From the NCBI GenBank assembly GCA_965116825.1, contig OZ220736.1, positions 5,435,888-5,499,887 on the forward strand: a stretch of DNA of 64,000 bases, in the 5' to 3' direction. Positions 38,401 through 46,820 of this stretch are shown in pieces. The notes beneath the pieces are model-generated. The model made no database searches. It saw only the letters and a program-made list of their open reading frames with translations, and had not been told where the DNA came from. Each line of letters begins with the position of its first letter. Within the stretch, counting starts at the first letter, position 1. A program made the translations under genes and the position numbers. The DNA is from Vicinamibacterales bacterium. GTDB taxonomy: Bacteria; Acidobacteriota; Vicinamibacteria; Vicinamibacterales; UBA8438.

Positions 38401-39080
38401 TGATGTCTTGGAACCGAACACGCCGATTGGGATCGCTGGTAGCAGGTGCATCCCTGCTCGCTTGGGCCACCCTTGCGCTCGCCGCGCCGCTGGCTGGCCA
38501 ATCGGCTTCGGACGCGGGTGATTTCGGCGACGACTCCAGCGCATGGGCCATCGACGGGGTCTGCGACGATACGCGATTCATCGGCGATCGCGGGGCCGGG
38601 GCATGGACTGGTAACGGTGACCACGTCGGAAAGGATGCGACGGACTGCCGGAACCTCCTGAACGCGGGCCGTATTCGGTGGGGGACTGTCTCCGAGAACA
38701 TTGAACGCTTCCAGCTCTTCACTAGGTGCCAGCAGCTAGAAATCACCGTGTTTGTGCAGGGCGACCAAGCGGGCGAAATCGACCTCACCGAGGAGCGCGT
38801 CCGAACGATGGTGGAGAGTCGATTGCGGGCCGCGCGGCTGTACGCTTCACGCGACGGCGTTCCGTTTCTGGAAGTGAACATCTTGACGCTTGACGACGGC
38901 CCGGCGTTCGTGAGGCAGATCCAGTTGGCGAAGTGGAACCGTGACGACGAGACCGGATTGGAGCGGGGGAGCTTCACGTGGGAGAGTCTCGGCTATGGCA
39001 CACACGGCGGGGATGCGGGCTTCATCATGCAGGGGCTCTCCGAGGACCTAGTGTCCTGCCCGACAAATGCCTTTACATAA
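38400..39080 (+). CDS. Secreted hypothetical protein, 3' end disrupted by IS630 copy 2 at nt 39050
   Basis: Signal peptide LVAGASLLAWATLALAAPLAGQ. The native sequence ends at ...GLSEDL. The last 10 codons (VSCPTNAFT) are read from the IS inverted repeat. Confidence 0.55.
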   Translation: MMSWNRTRRLGSLVAGASLLAWATLALAAPLAGQSASDAGDFGDDSSAWAIDGVCDDTRFIGDRGAGAWTGNGDHVGKDATDCRNLLNAGRIRWGTVSENIERFQLFTRCQQLEITVFVQGDQAGEIDLTEERVRTMVESRLRAARLYASRDGVPFLEVNILTLDDGPAFVRQIQLAKWNRDDETGLERGSFTWESLGYGTHGGDAGFIMQGLSEDLVSCPTNAFT

Positions 39081-40229
39081 TGAGCCGCCCTGTGCCACCC
39101 TCTTCTGGTGGGAGGGATGCGATGGCACGTCCGATCTCGGTACTGGAGGTGACTCCCGAGGAGAAACGAGAGCTGGCGCGTCGGGTCGCAGCCTCGACGA
39201 CGTCGGCGCGTGACTGCCTCCGGGCGCACATCGTGCTGCTGCGGAGCGAGGGTGTCGGACAGCAGGAGGTAGCGTCGCGCTTGGGCGTGAGCGCCCCGAG
39301 CGTGAGCAAGTGGTCGCAACGCTTCGATCGAGAAGGGCTTGACGGCCTCAAGGACCAGCCGGGCCGCGGACCCAAACCGTCGATTCCACTGGGCACGGTC
39401 CGGCGGGTGGTTGAGGAAGCGGGCAAGGCGCCGCCGGGTCGGCAACGCTGGAGCACCCGCTCGCTGGCCCAAGAGGTCGGCATTTCGGCAGACAGCGTGG
39501 CGCGCATCTGGCAGAGCCAAGGGCTGAAGCCGCATCGCCTGCGCACCTTCAAGGTGTCCCGCGACAAGAAGTTCGAAGAGAAGTTCTGGGATGTGGTGGG
39601 TTTGTATATGGATCCACCCGAGAGGTCGCTGGTGCTGTGCTGCGACGAGAAGACGCAATGCCAAGCCCTGGAGCGCACGCAACCGGGCCTGCCGTTGGGC
39701 CGCGGTCATATCCGGACCCGGACACACGACTACATCCGGCACGGCACGGTCACGTTGTTCGCGGCCTTGAGCTACCTGGAGGGCAAGCTGATCTATCGCA
39801 CCGAACAGCAGCACACGCACGTGGAGTGGCTGCGTTTTCTCAAGCAGATCGACCGCGAGACCCCCGACGACGTGGACCTGCACCTGATCGCCGACAACTA
39901 CTGCACGCACAAGCACGAGAAGGTGGTGAGTTGGTTGCAGAAACACCCGCGATTCCACATGCATTTCATCCCGACATCGAGCTCTTGGATGAACATGGTG
40001 GAACGATTCTTCGCGGACCTGACGCAGGACTGCGTGCGCGCGGGGAGCTTCGCGAGCGTGGCGGAGCTGGTCGAAGCCATCGTGACCTATCTTGCCAGTC
40101 GGAACGAGAATCCGAAACCCTACCAGTGGAAGGCGGACGGTGCGAAGACGCTGGCCAAGATCCAGAAGGCTCGGGAGGCTCTTGAGAAGGCCTGTCACGT
40201 TATATAAACCTAATTGCCGGGCGGGACAC
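39051..40229 (+). mobile_element. IS630-family insertion sequence, copy 2 (1179 bp) with TA target duplication
   Basis: Inverted repeats GTGTCCTGCCCGACAAATGCCTTTACATAA (from 39051) and TTATATAAACCTAATTGCCGGGCGGGACAC (to 40229), about 24 of 30 matching. Flanking TA at 39049-39050 and 40230-40231. Confidence 0.85.
39122..40207 (+). CDS. IS630-family DDE transposase
   Basis: ATG at 39122 (MARPISVLEVTPEEKRELARR...). CDEK...ADNYCTHK...NMVERFF. By eye it is roughly half identical to the copy-1 transposase. Confidence 0.9.
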   Translation: MARPISVLEVTPEEKRELARRVAASTTSARDCLRAHIVLLRSEGVGQQEVASRLGVSAPSVSKWSQRFDREGLDGLKDQPGRGPKPSIPLGTVRRVVEEAGKAPPGRQRWSTRSLAQEVGISADSVARIWQSQGLKPHRLRTFKVSRDKKFEEKFWDVVGLYMDPPERSLVLCCDEKTQCQALERTQPGLPLGRGHIRTRTHDYIRHGTVTLFAALSYLEGKLIYRTEQQHTHVEWLRFLKQIDRETPDDVDLHLIADNYCTHKHEKVVSWLQKHPRFHMHFIPTSSSWMNMVERFFADLTQDCVRAGSFASVAELVEAIVTYLASRNENPKPYQWKADGAKTLAKIQKAREALEKACHVI

Positions 40230-40629
40230 TAGATATAGATTCATCCTCGAGTACCTGCGCGTGAACGAGGGCTTCTGTTAACTCTGCCTCGTCGAAGGAG
40301 TGGTAGTGGGCCGAGGCGTACGAGCGGCGGCAGCGATTCTCGATTCCAACGTGGTGATCTCGGTCCGGGTTTCGGCGATGCCGGCGTCGAACATATCCGG
40401 CGTGACGTGCTTGCCGTGCTCGGCGGCTTTGCCGGATTGGCGTCGGCCAAGGCGTCGGCGTGTCCACGGTCGCTCTCGGCGTCTGTCAACCGTCGAGCGA
40501 TGGTGAGTGATCGAACATCGGACCTACCTAAAAGGTCCGTCAACATCGTCATCGACCAACGACAGTATACCGTGCGGCTGACAGCGGCCAACGCCGGCCG
40601 CTGTGGAGCCTTCCCGCAGGGACACCTTC

Positions 40630-40719
40630 GGAGGGGAGCGACCCGACCCGGCAGGTGTGACAGCGGAACACCCGCCGGGGCCGGAAACCGCAGGTTTTCG
40701 GCAAGGTCGCTCCCCTACC
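40630..40719. other. Y-shaped (three-way-junction) inverted-repeat structure, possible structured RNA
   Basis: Outer 12-bp perfect stem 40632-40643/40705-40716, plus 2 bp more after a 1-nt bulge. It encloses hairpin A (40648-40657/40669-40678, 9 of 10 bp) and hairpin B (40680-40689/40693-40702, 10 bp including one G-U). Confidence 0.3.
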
Positions 40720-40922
40720 TCCCGCTTGGCCCTTTTCTCTGTACGTGGGGCATCGCTCGGTTGCCGCCTCGTGCCGTGCCAGTCGCGGGGCCTGCGCGTC
40801 CTGCATCGTCCGGCCACAGATGGGCGGTGTCCCGAATCCTTGCTCCATACGCGGGCAGTCACGTCCGGAAGCGAATGGTATGGACGTCTCCCGCTCACTG
40901 ATGCCAGGAGGCGAGGGCCGAG

Positions 40923-41204
40923 ATGGACCCTCGCGGGCTGTATGCGATAGATGCGACGACCATCGACGTGTGCCTGGCGGCCTTTCCATGGGCGTCGTTC
41001 CGGCGCACGAAGGGCGCCATCAAGCTGCACGTCGGCCTGGACCAGGCGGGGCATCTGCCGAGCTTTCTCAGCGTCACGGACGGCAAGGCGGCCGATGTGA
41101 CGGTGGCCCGCACGTGGACGTTCCCGGCAGGCAGCGTGGTGGTGGCCGACCGGGCGTATCTGGACTTCGGGTGGCTGCATCGCCTGCAGGAGCAGGGCAC
41201 ATAG
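40923..41204 (+). pseudogene. IS4-family (DUF4372/DDE_Tnp_1 type) transposase, internal fragment
   Basis: LYAIDATTIDVCLAAFPWASFRRTKGAIKLHVGLDQAGHLPSFLSVTDGKAADV...VVVADRAYLDFGWLHRLQEQG matches the conserved ALDSTTIDLCLSxFPWAxFRxxKxAxKxHTxLD...DRGYxDFxxL block. A stop lies just upstream and at 41205. No C-terminal half. Confidence 0.75.
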
Positions 41205-41208
41205 TAAA

Positions 41209-41560
41209 ATGAGGGGATCTCTGAGGGACAGCAGTGGAACCTGGTGGATCACGGCCGCAGAGCAGCGCATCGCCGACTCGGGGAACTCCCTGTCGGATGT
41301 CGCCGACCGGGAGGCCACGGTGAAGGTCTGCGGCGTAGCCGTGGCGATGCTGCAGGGGCATAGCTGGGCGCCGACCCCCGTCGAACGGTTGGCGAGTGAA
41401 CGTGGGAACCATCCCGTCGGTCCCTCCCCGTCGTCTGCAGATGGCGGATGGGGAGGTCCGTCGCCGGCTGACGCTGGCGGGATGGGGCGGAGGACCCGTA
41501 GTAGTCCGCGGTCGGGAAAGCCGGCCACATGGCGAAGGGGTCCAGCGTGTACCTGAGAGA
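41209..41560 (+). ncRNA. Group II intron 5' ribozyme fragment (part of domain I to domain III / start of domain IV); no RT ORF, no domains V-VI
   Basis: 41497-41552 reads CGTAGTAGTC...ACATGGCGAAGGGGTCCAGCGTGTAC. From memory this nearly matches Ll.LtrB CGUAGUAGUC...ACAUGGCAAAGGGGUACAG...GUGUAC. There is a 10-bp hairpin at 41423-41432/41447-41456. The extent upstream is uncertain. Confidence 0.45.
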
Positions 41561-41622
41561 CGTAGTAATGAAAGTGTTCCAGGCGACAAGCAATCGGACT
41601 GGATAAGTACCCGGAGTGAAGA

Positions 41623-42786
41623 ATGCAGAACTGGCCACGGTGCCTATATCACGCACACCACGATGAGAGAACATACAAGTCAGCGAGCGACGTGCCGACG
41701 GACAGAGAGGGGTGGACAGACACGCCTGACAAGGTGGGAAACCCCGAGAACCCGAAGGCCATTGAGTGGTTAGAGGGCAAAGCACGCGCCGACGACGACA
41801 ACGTACTCCCAATCGAGCAGAATCACTGTCCAATTTGGGGGACTTTTGCGCAGCACACGCAGGATGCACCGGCAAACAGCGAGGAAGGGAACGATTACAC
41901 AGTCGTAATCTCTCCACGGGCCGGCGGGCCCTACCGGATTCACACTAGAGACATCGCAAGAATAACAGGATACGCCGCGAGACTAACGCTGGAAGAACGG
42001 GCCCGAATCACAACGTACTTGAACCGCCAGCGGACAACAGGGAACCAGGATCCACGCCTCACTGTTAGCGCAATGAACGGTGCGAGAACGAATACGCCAA
42101 GCTCCGTAGGAGAAAGAGCCAGAACGTTGCTGCATTTCATCGCGGAGACAACCCGGAACCGGATCGGTGAACGGTTCACCTACTGGAACGGATTTCGGGT
42201 TTCGGGAAGCGCGATTGCACACTCAGAGTCTACGACCTTTACCGAGGTGGTTTATCTACTCGAGTACTTGAAGGAGAAAGAACACATACGCGAATATGTA
42301 GTCGGACACGGCAAGATGTATGCGATTACAGTGCAGGGCTATGCGGAGTTGGAGACAACACGAACAACGACAGATCGAAAGAATGAAGGATTTGTGGCAA
42401 TGTGGCTTAGCGAAGAGCTCAACGAGGCCTACGAGAACGGAATCCGGGCCGGGATCAAAGACGCGGGATTTACACCCTTCCGGGTAGACAAGACAGAACA
42501 CAATGACAAAATTGACGACCTTATCGTGGCACAGATCCGTAAATCCAGATTTGTAGTAGCCGACTTTACATCGTGCGATGAAAAGGGTGCGAGAGGAAGC
42601 GTCTATTTCGAAGCGGGATTTGCGATAGGGCTTGGAATTCCGGTCATCTTCTGTTGCAGAAAGGACTGGCTGCAGAAGGTTCACTTCGATACACGGCAAT
42701 ATAACCACATAGTGTGGGAAGACAGCAAGGAGCTCCGGCGGCGTCTCAGACATAGAATTGAGGCAACCATCCGACAAGAGCGGTGA
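41623..42786 (+). CDS. Hypothetical protein: unknown N-domain + winged-helix-like segment + C-terminal nucleoside 2-deoxyribosyltransferase/TIR-like Rossmannoid domain
   Basis: 387-aa ORF, GGAG 8 nt upstream, about 53% GC on a spot count. C-terminal FVAMWLSEE...IDDLIVAQIRKSRFVVADFTSCDEKGARGSVYFEAGFAIGLGIPVIFCC fits the NDT-like pattern (sD-hvvAd...NVYyElGyA..lGkPVI) with the conserved Glu. VVYLLEYLKEKEHIREYVVGHGKMYAITVQGYAELE looks like a wHTH. Confidence 0.8.
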   Translation: MQNWPRCLYHAHHDERTYKSASDVPTDREGWTDTPDKVGNPENPKAIEWLEGKARADDDNVLPIEQNHCPIWGTFAQHTQDAPANSEEGNDYTVVISPRAGGPYRIHTRDIARITGYAARLTLEERARITTYLNRQRTTGNQDPRLTVSAMNGARTNTPSSVGERARTLLHFIAETTRNRIGERFTYWNGFRVSGSAIAHSESTTFTEVVYLLEYLKEKEHIREYVVGHGKMYAITVQGYAELETTRTTTDRKNEGFVAMWLSEELNEAYENGIRAGIKDAGFTPFRVDKTEHNDKIDDLIVAQIRKSRFVVADFTSCDEKGARGSVYFEAGFAIGLGIPVIFCCRKDWLQKVHFDTRQYNHIVWEDSKELRRRLRHRIEATIRQER

Positions 42787-43033
42787 ACAGCCACGGTGGC
42801 CACAGCGCAGAGTGGAGACGGTTCTTGTCGCGGAGCGGTCTGACGCGCAGGCAGCTGCCAGCCAGGGAGCGCATGAACTCGCAGGTGAACGATCTGCCGT
42901 CGGTCGCACTGACCGCGAAAGTTCCTGGTCCTGTGCGAGCAGTACGGCGCGGAACGTCTCGCGGTGAGGATCGTTGCGGCCGGCCGCAGCGCCGGAGTGC
43001 CCGGGTTGCCGCACGAGACACTTGCGACCGGCG

Positions 43034-43294
43034 TCACTGCTCGCGGCCGCTACATGGTGCCATTGCGGTGCTGTCGGCCCTCCTGACCCCGGTGGTGACG
43101 CCAAGCGTGACCTGCTTGGCTGACTTCAGCTCCGCGCGGCCTCGCAGCCGATCTCTCCACGCACCATCGTCATCGACCACCCTGGAGCGACGCAACTCCT
43201 CGTCCCAACACGTCGGAATGTCATGCGAGAGCACAACCGGATCGGCCAGCTTACCGGTGGTCAGCGAGCCCTTGAGACCTTCGTCGGAGGTGAG
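43034..43294 (-). pseudogene. Amidohydrolase-family C-terminal remnant
   Basis: Minus-strand frame reads ..DEGLKGSLTTGKLADPVVLSHDIPTCWDEELRRSRVV.., like the GSLExGKxADLVVLDxD...E.L....V tail of metal-dependent amidohydrolases. It is preceded by tandem in-frame TAG TAG (43295-43300). Confidence 0.35.
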
Positions 43295-44324
43295 CTACTA
43301 GCGTTGCCCAAGGTCAGAGACCACAGTGCATCCTCCCGGCTGATGTGCTTCCGCGGACCGAACATGCAGCGCGAGATCGTGTCGAGCGTGCTCGAAGTGA
43401 TACAGGACCTGGAGCGGTGGGAACGGTACGACCAGCGAATCTCGACCGAGGCTGACGGCGATGCCGTGGTCCAGGAAGGGCCCCCAGCGTCGTGACGCGC
43501 TGGGTGCAGGGTGGCGCCCCAAATTCTGCTCGCGGCTCGGACCGGCCATGTAGAAGATGCTCCGCGGCGAGATCGAGGTTGAGCTCCCGGACTCGCGCGA
43601 GCCGGTCGGCCGGGGTAACGAACCGTGCTCGATCATCCAGCGGCGAGCGCGGATTGCCCGCCTCGCGTCGGCCGCTTGGCGTGGCGTTCGGTGCGGAAGC
43701 CGCCGACATCGGCCAACGGCCTTGTTCCCAATGGATTTCCATGAACGCCCGCGCGCGGCCATGACCAATTCGGTGTGCAATTCTGGTCCGGATTCTACGA
43801 GCCCACCTGGGCCAGCTATGGACAGGAACAGGGACCCATCGCGAGGACGCCCGTCGCGTGGAATCAGATCCCTTGAGCAACGGCACAGCTCGCCCCGACA
43901 GCCCCGTCAGCACGTCATGCCTGACCTCCTTCTTCCCAGTGTCACCTCGGAAACGGTCAGTTGAAGTCGACTCTGCCTCCAGTGGCGGCGGGACGGCGCA
44001 GCTTGGTCCCGTGTGCCGTGCGAAGCCGAAGGCGAGCCGTGCGGCCCCAGGTCAGCATTCCCGGCTGTATGGGGATGAAGTCGGTGACGACGCGAGTCGG
44101 CGCCCGGCGATGCGGGCTCGGCGAGCCCCTTCCTGCGGTCCGATAGATATAGATACAGCCGCAGTGCAGAGACAATCGAAAGACCGGCCGATTTCCGCCC
44201 GGCTGGACATCCGGGGCACAGCCGAGCTACAGTGCAACGTCGTGAAGGGCACAACACGATATGAGTTGCGGCTTCTCGCGGAGTAAGGCGTTGAGAAGCA
44301 TCCCGGAGGCTGAAGGACTGCTTC

Positions 44325-46220
44325 ATGACCATCATGGAGATCTCTGAAAAACTGGCGGCGGCTCGCGAAGAACTGACCCGCGACGCCGCAATACGCCTGC
44401 TAAACGATGCGCTGAACGCGGCTTTAGGAGAGAATGACTGGCAGTACCTTCTCTTGAGAAGCCGTATCCACTCCGCTCTGGCACAGGAAGCTGATACACC
44501 CGGAGACAGGACCCGGTACTGGGAAGACTCCCTAGCCGTTCTCCGTACGGCCACAGAGGGGCGCACCGATTACCGTCTGGCCGCGGGCTTTGCCGAAGTC
44601 GCCGTTGACTGTTATCAGGACACGCTCAGTGATATGTCTGCCAGAGACAAGAGGATCGCTCTGAAACAAAGCGCGCAGGTCGTCACATCAGCGCTCACAC
44701 GGTGGCCGAATAGCCCGGAGCACGGAATTCTGCTGGCGCGAAAATCCTCACTATTGCGCCACCTCGCTCTGACAGAGTCAACGCAGTTCGCAGCGAAGAG
44801 TCTCATCGACGAGTCCCGTAGATGTGCAGACCGCGCTACACGATACAACAGTATGGATCCATCAACGCTTCTGGAGTACGGGCTGTCGATCTGGGCGGCC
44901 GCTCGGCATGCAACGTCAGATCGAGACTACAAGAACCGCCTTCGCGAGGCCGAAAAGTACCTTACAGAGGAGTCGGTGGCTCAGACAGATTCGGGAAGGC
45001 TAGCTTTGTCGCGCCTTTATCGACTTACGTTCCAGCCTTTCAATGCGTGTCGTGTATTCCCAAGAAATCTTAGAGATAGACGTTGTCTACTGCGCCACGC
45101 CCACATTTTGGCGGAAGCAGCGACGATGCTTTGGTATGCTAAGTATCCAGGGCAGGATGTTGATGGTTACCTGGGGGAGGCCCGAGAACTGCTGGAAACG
45201 ACTCTGAGTGCTGGCTACAGGGACGCCCGTACGGTCGTTGCGCTGGCGTACGTTGTAGCGATTTGCGACAGCAGTGCAGAGGGAACTAGAACGGCTTTAC
45301 AAGAGATCTGCGGCGGGACAGGAATAGACTGGCAAGCACTTATCAACCTAGTGCAGTCACCGACAACCATCTCCGAGCAGGCGCTCGCGCTCGGCATTAA
45401 CGACAGCGGCGTATGGACACGACTGGGAACTCTCGCGAACGACTTTCTGAAGGACGACAAATTGGCCGAACGGTTGTATAGAACTGCAGTCAAGCTACGA
45501 GGGCGGGATGCAATAGCCTGCACGAACCTAGCTAGATTTCTTTCGGCGCGCGGTGAGTATGATGAGGCGCGTCGATTGGTTCAGAGGGCAAGCCAGTTCG
45601 CGGACCGTCGCTTTACTTGGTGGCGCGCTGTACAGGACGCCCTCTCAAAACCGGTGAGCGCACCCGCAGGCGGGCGGTCTTTTGGCAGTAAGTCTCTCGT
45701 TGACATGAGGACGTTGCAATTGAAAGACTTGCGCAAACGCTTTCGCACTCTAGACGAGGATAGCGACGTCACTCCTCAGCGGCGGGGTTATGAACTGGAA
45801 CGTCTTGTCCACTGTATGGTCGAACTCACTGTTGGGGTGTCTAGCGCGAGCGGCTCGTACCGTATGCCCGCGCCGGGTCGTCAACAGGTCGACGGCTTCT
45901 TCATGTTGACATACCGCAGGGACTATAGGTACGAGTGCAAGTGGACGAAGCATGCTGCAACCAGAGCAGATATCGCGACTTTTGTGGATAAGTTGGATGC
46001 ACACAACGTGGGCGGCCTGTTTATTTCGATGGCCGGCTTCGAGGACTCTGCAATTGCCAAAGCACGCGAAGTGGCGAACAAAAAGGTGATCCTGCTGGCG
46101 GACGGCGATGACGTGCGCTGCATATTCGAATTGAAGACACATTTCGACGAGATGGTTATTCGAAAGCAACAGTATTTTTCGTGGAAAACGGTTTCCTACT
46201 ACAAGGCTAGTTGTAGTTGA
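44325..46220 (+). CDS. TPR-like helical-repeat protein with C-terminal Mrr-type PD-(D/E)xK restriction-endonuclease domain
   Basis: 631-aa ORF, about 48% GC on a spot count. The N-terminal ~480 aa are alpha-helical and TPR-like (...LAERLYRTAVKLRGRDAIACTNLARFLSARGEYDEARRLVQRA...). C-terminal RGYELERLVHCMVEL...QQVDGFFML...YRYECKWTK...GGLFISMAGFEDSAI matches Mrr_cat (GxxFE..., D, ExK). Confidence 0.85.
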   Translation: MTIMEISEKLAAAREELTRDAAIRLLNDALNAALGENDWQYLLLRSRIHSALAQEADTPGDRTRYWEDSLAVLRTATEGRTDYRLAAGFAEVAVDCYQDTLSDMSARDKRIALKQSAQVVTSALTRWPNSPEHGILLARKSSLLRHLALTESTQFAAKSLIDESRRCADRATRYNSMDPSTLLEYGLSIWAAARHATSDRDYKNRLREAEKYLTEESVAQTDSGRLALSRLYRLTFQPFNACRVFPRNLRDRRCLLRHAHILAEAATMLWYAKYPGQDVDGYLGEARELLETTLSAGYRDARTVVALAYVVAICDSSAEGTRTALQEICGGTGIDWQALINLVQSPTTISEQALALGINDSGVWTRLGTLANDFLKDDKLAERLYRTAVKLRGRDAIACTNLARFLSARGEYDEARRLVQRASQFADRRFTWWRAVQDALSKPVSAPAGGRSFGSKSLVDMRTLQLKDLRKRFRTLDEDSDVTPQRRGYELERLVHCMVELTVGVSSASGSYRMPAPGRQQVDGFFMLTYRRDYRYECKWTKHAATRADIATFVDKLDAHNVGGLFISMAGFEDSAIAKAREVANKKVILLADGDDVRCIFELKTHFDEMVIRKQQYFSWKTVSYYKASCS

Positions 46221-46301
46221 TTCGTGCGTCGCAAGAAGGCGCCATTCTTCAGCGGGTGCGAATCCAGCGCGGCAACTGGGCCATAGAGAAACTCACGGTG
46301 C

Positions 46302-46730
46302 TCACTGACTCAGGCGGTTCTCACTTCGACCTCGCACTCCAGGGTCCTGCAGACGCCGGAGGAGGTGCTGGGTGATGCGGTGCTTGTCGCGGTTCGCCAG
46401 GTACCGGCCGCCGAGGTCGTGGTAGTCCGTCTCGTCGCCGAGCATGAAGTAGGCGGCGGTCCGCATGGAAGCGGCGACCGCCACGATGGCCTTCTCCCGG
46501 GCCGCGCCGGCCCTTCAGGGCGCCGAAAGTGGGACTGCAGATACCTCCCGTTCTTCCGCGTCGTCGCCCACGCGGCCTGGACCAGCACCGTCTGTAGCCA
46601 CGGCGTCGCGTGACGGATCCGGGGGGTCGAGCGGCGCTTCCCCGCACTCTCGTCGAGGCGCGGGCACAGGCCCGCCCACGAAAAGAGATGGCCCGGACGG
46701 GAAATGACGCATTTCATGTTCCACATCCGG
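46302..46730 (-). pseudogene. IS110-family transposase, C-terminal (Transposase_20) fragment with frameshift
   Basis: FSWAGLCPRLDESAGKRRSTPRIRHATPWLQTVLVQAAWATTRK is in one frame. ...AVAASMRTAAYFMLGDETDYHDLGGRYLANRDKH... is in another. The N-terminal DEDD domain is absent. Confidence 0.7.
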
Positions 46731-46820
46731 TCAGACAAAAGGGCCCAAGCTGCGATCCCTGGACAGGTGTTCGGCGTCAACTACTTTTGCCGGTCGACGA
46801 CAATTATTCTTGCCGGCGCG

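Noticed and set aside
38108-38977. 289-aa minus-strand ORF overlapping the 38140 and 38400 genes.
   Set aside because: It has S/R/P-rich composition and no start context. It is antisense to a plus-strand ORF that has a proper signal peptide and gene coupling.
43599-43630. Hairpin beginning GAGCCGG..., resembling group II intron domain V.
   Set aside because: It has no GNRA tetraloop and no ACGGUUC-type 3' strand pairing through G-U wobbles. The bulge positions are wrong. The minus-strand GCACGGTTC here also lacks a complementary 5' arm.
40230-44154. Identical 11-mer TAGATATAGAT at 40230-40240 (IS630 copy-2 junction) and 44144-44154 (upstream of gene B).
   Set aside because: It is a short, low-complexity AT motif. 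Many identical 11-mer pairs are expected by chance in 64 kb, and there is no extended similarity around either copy.
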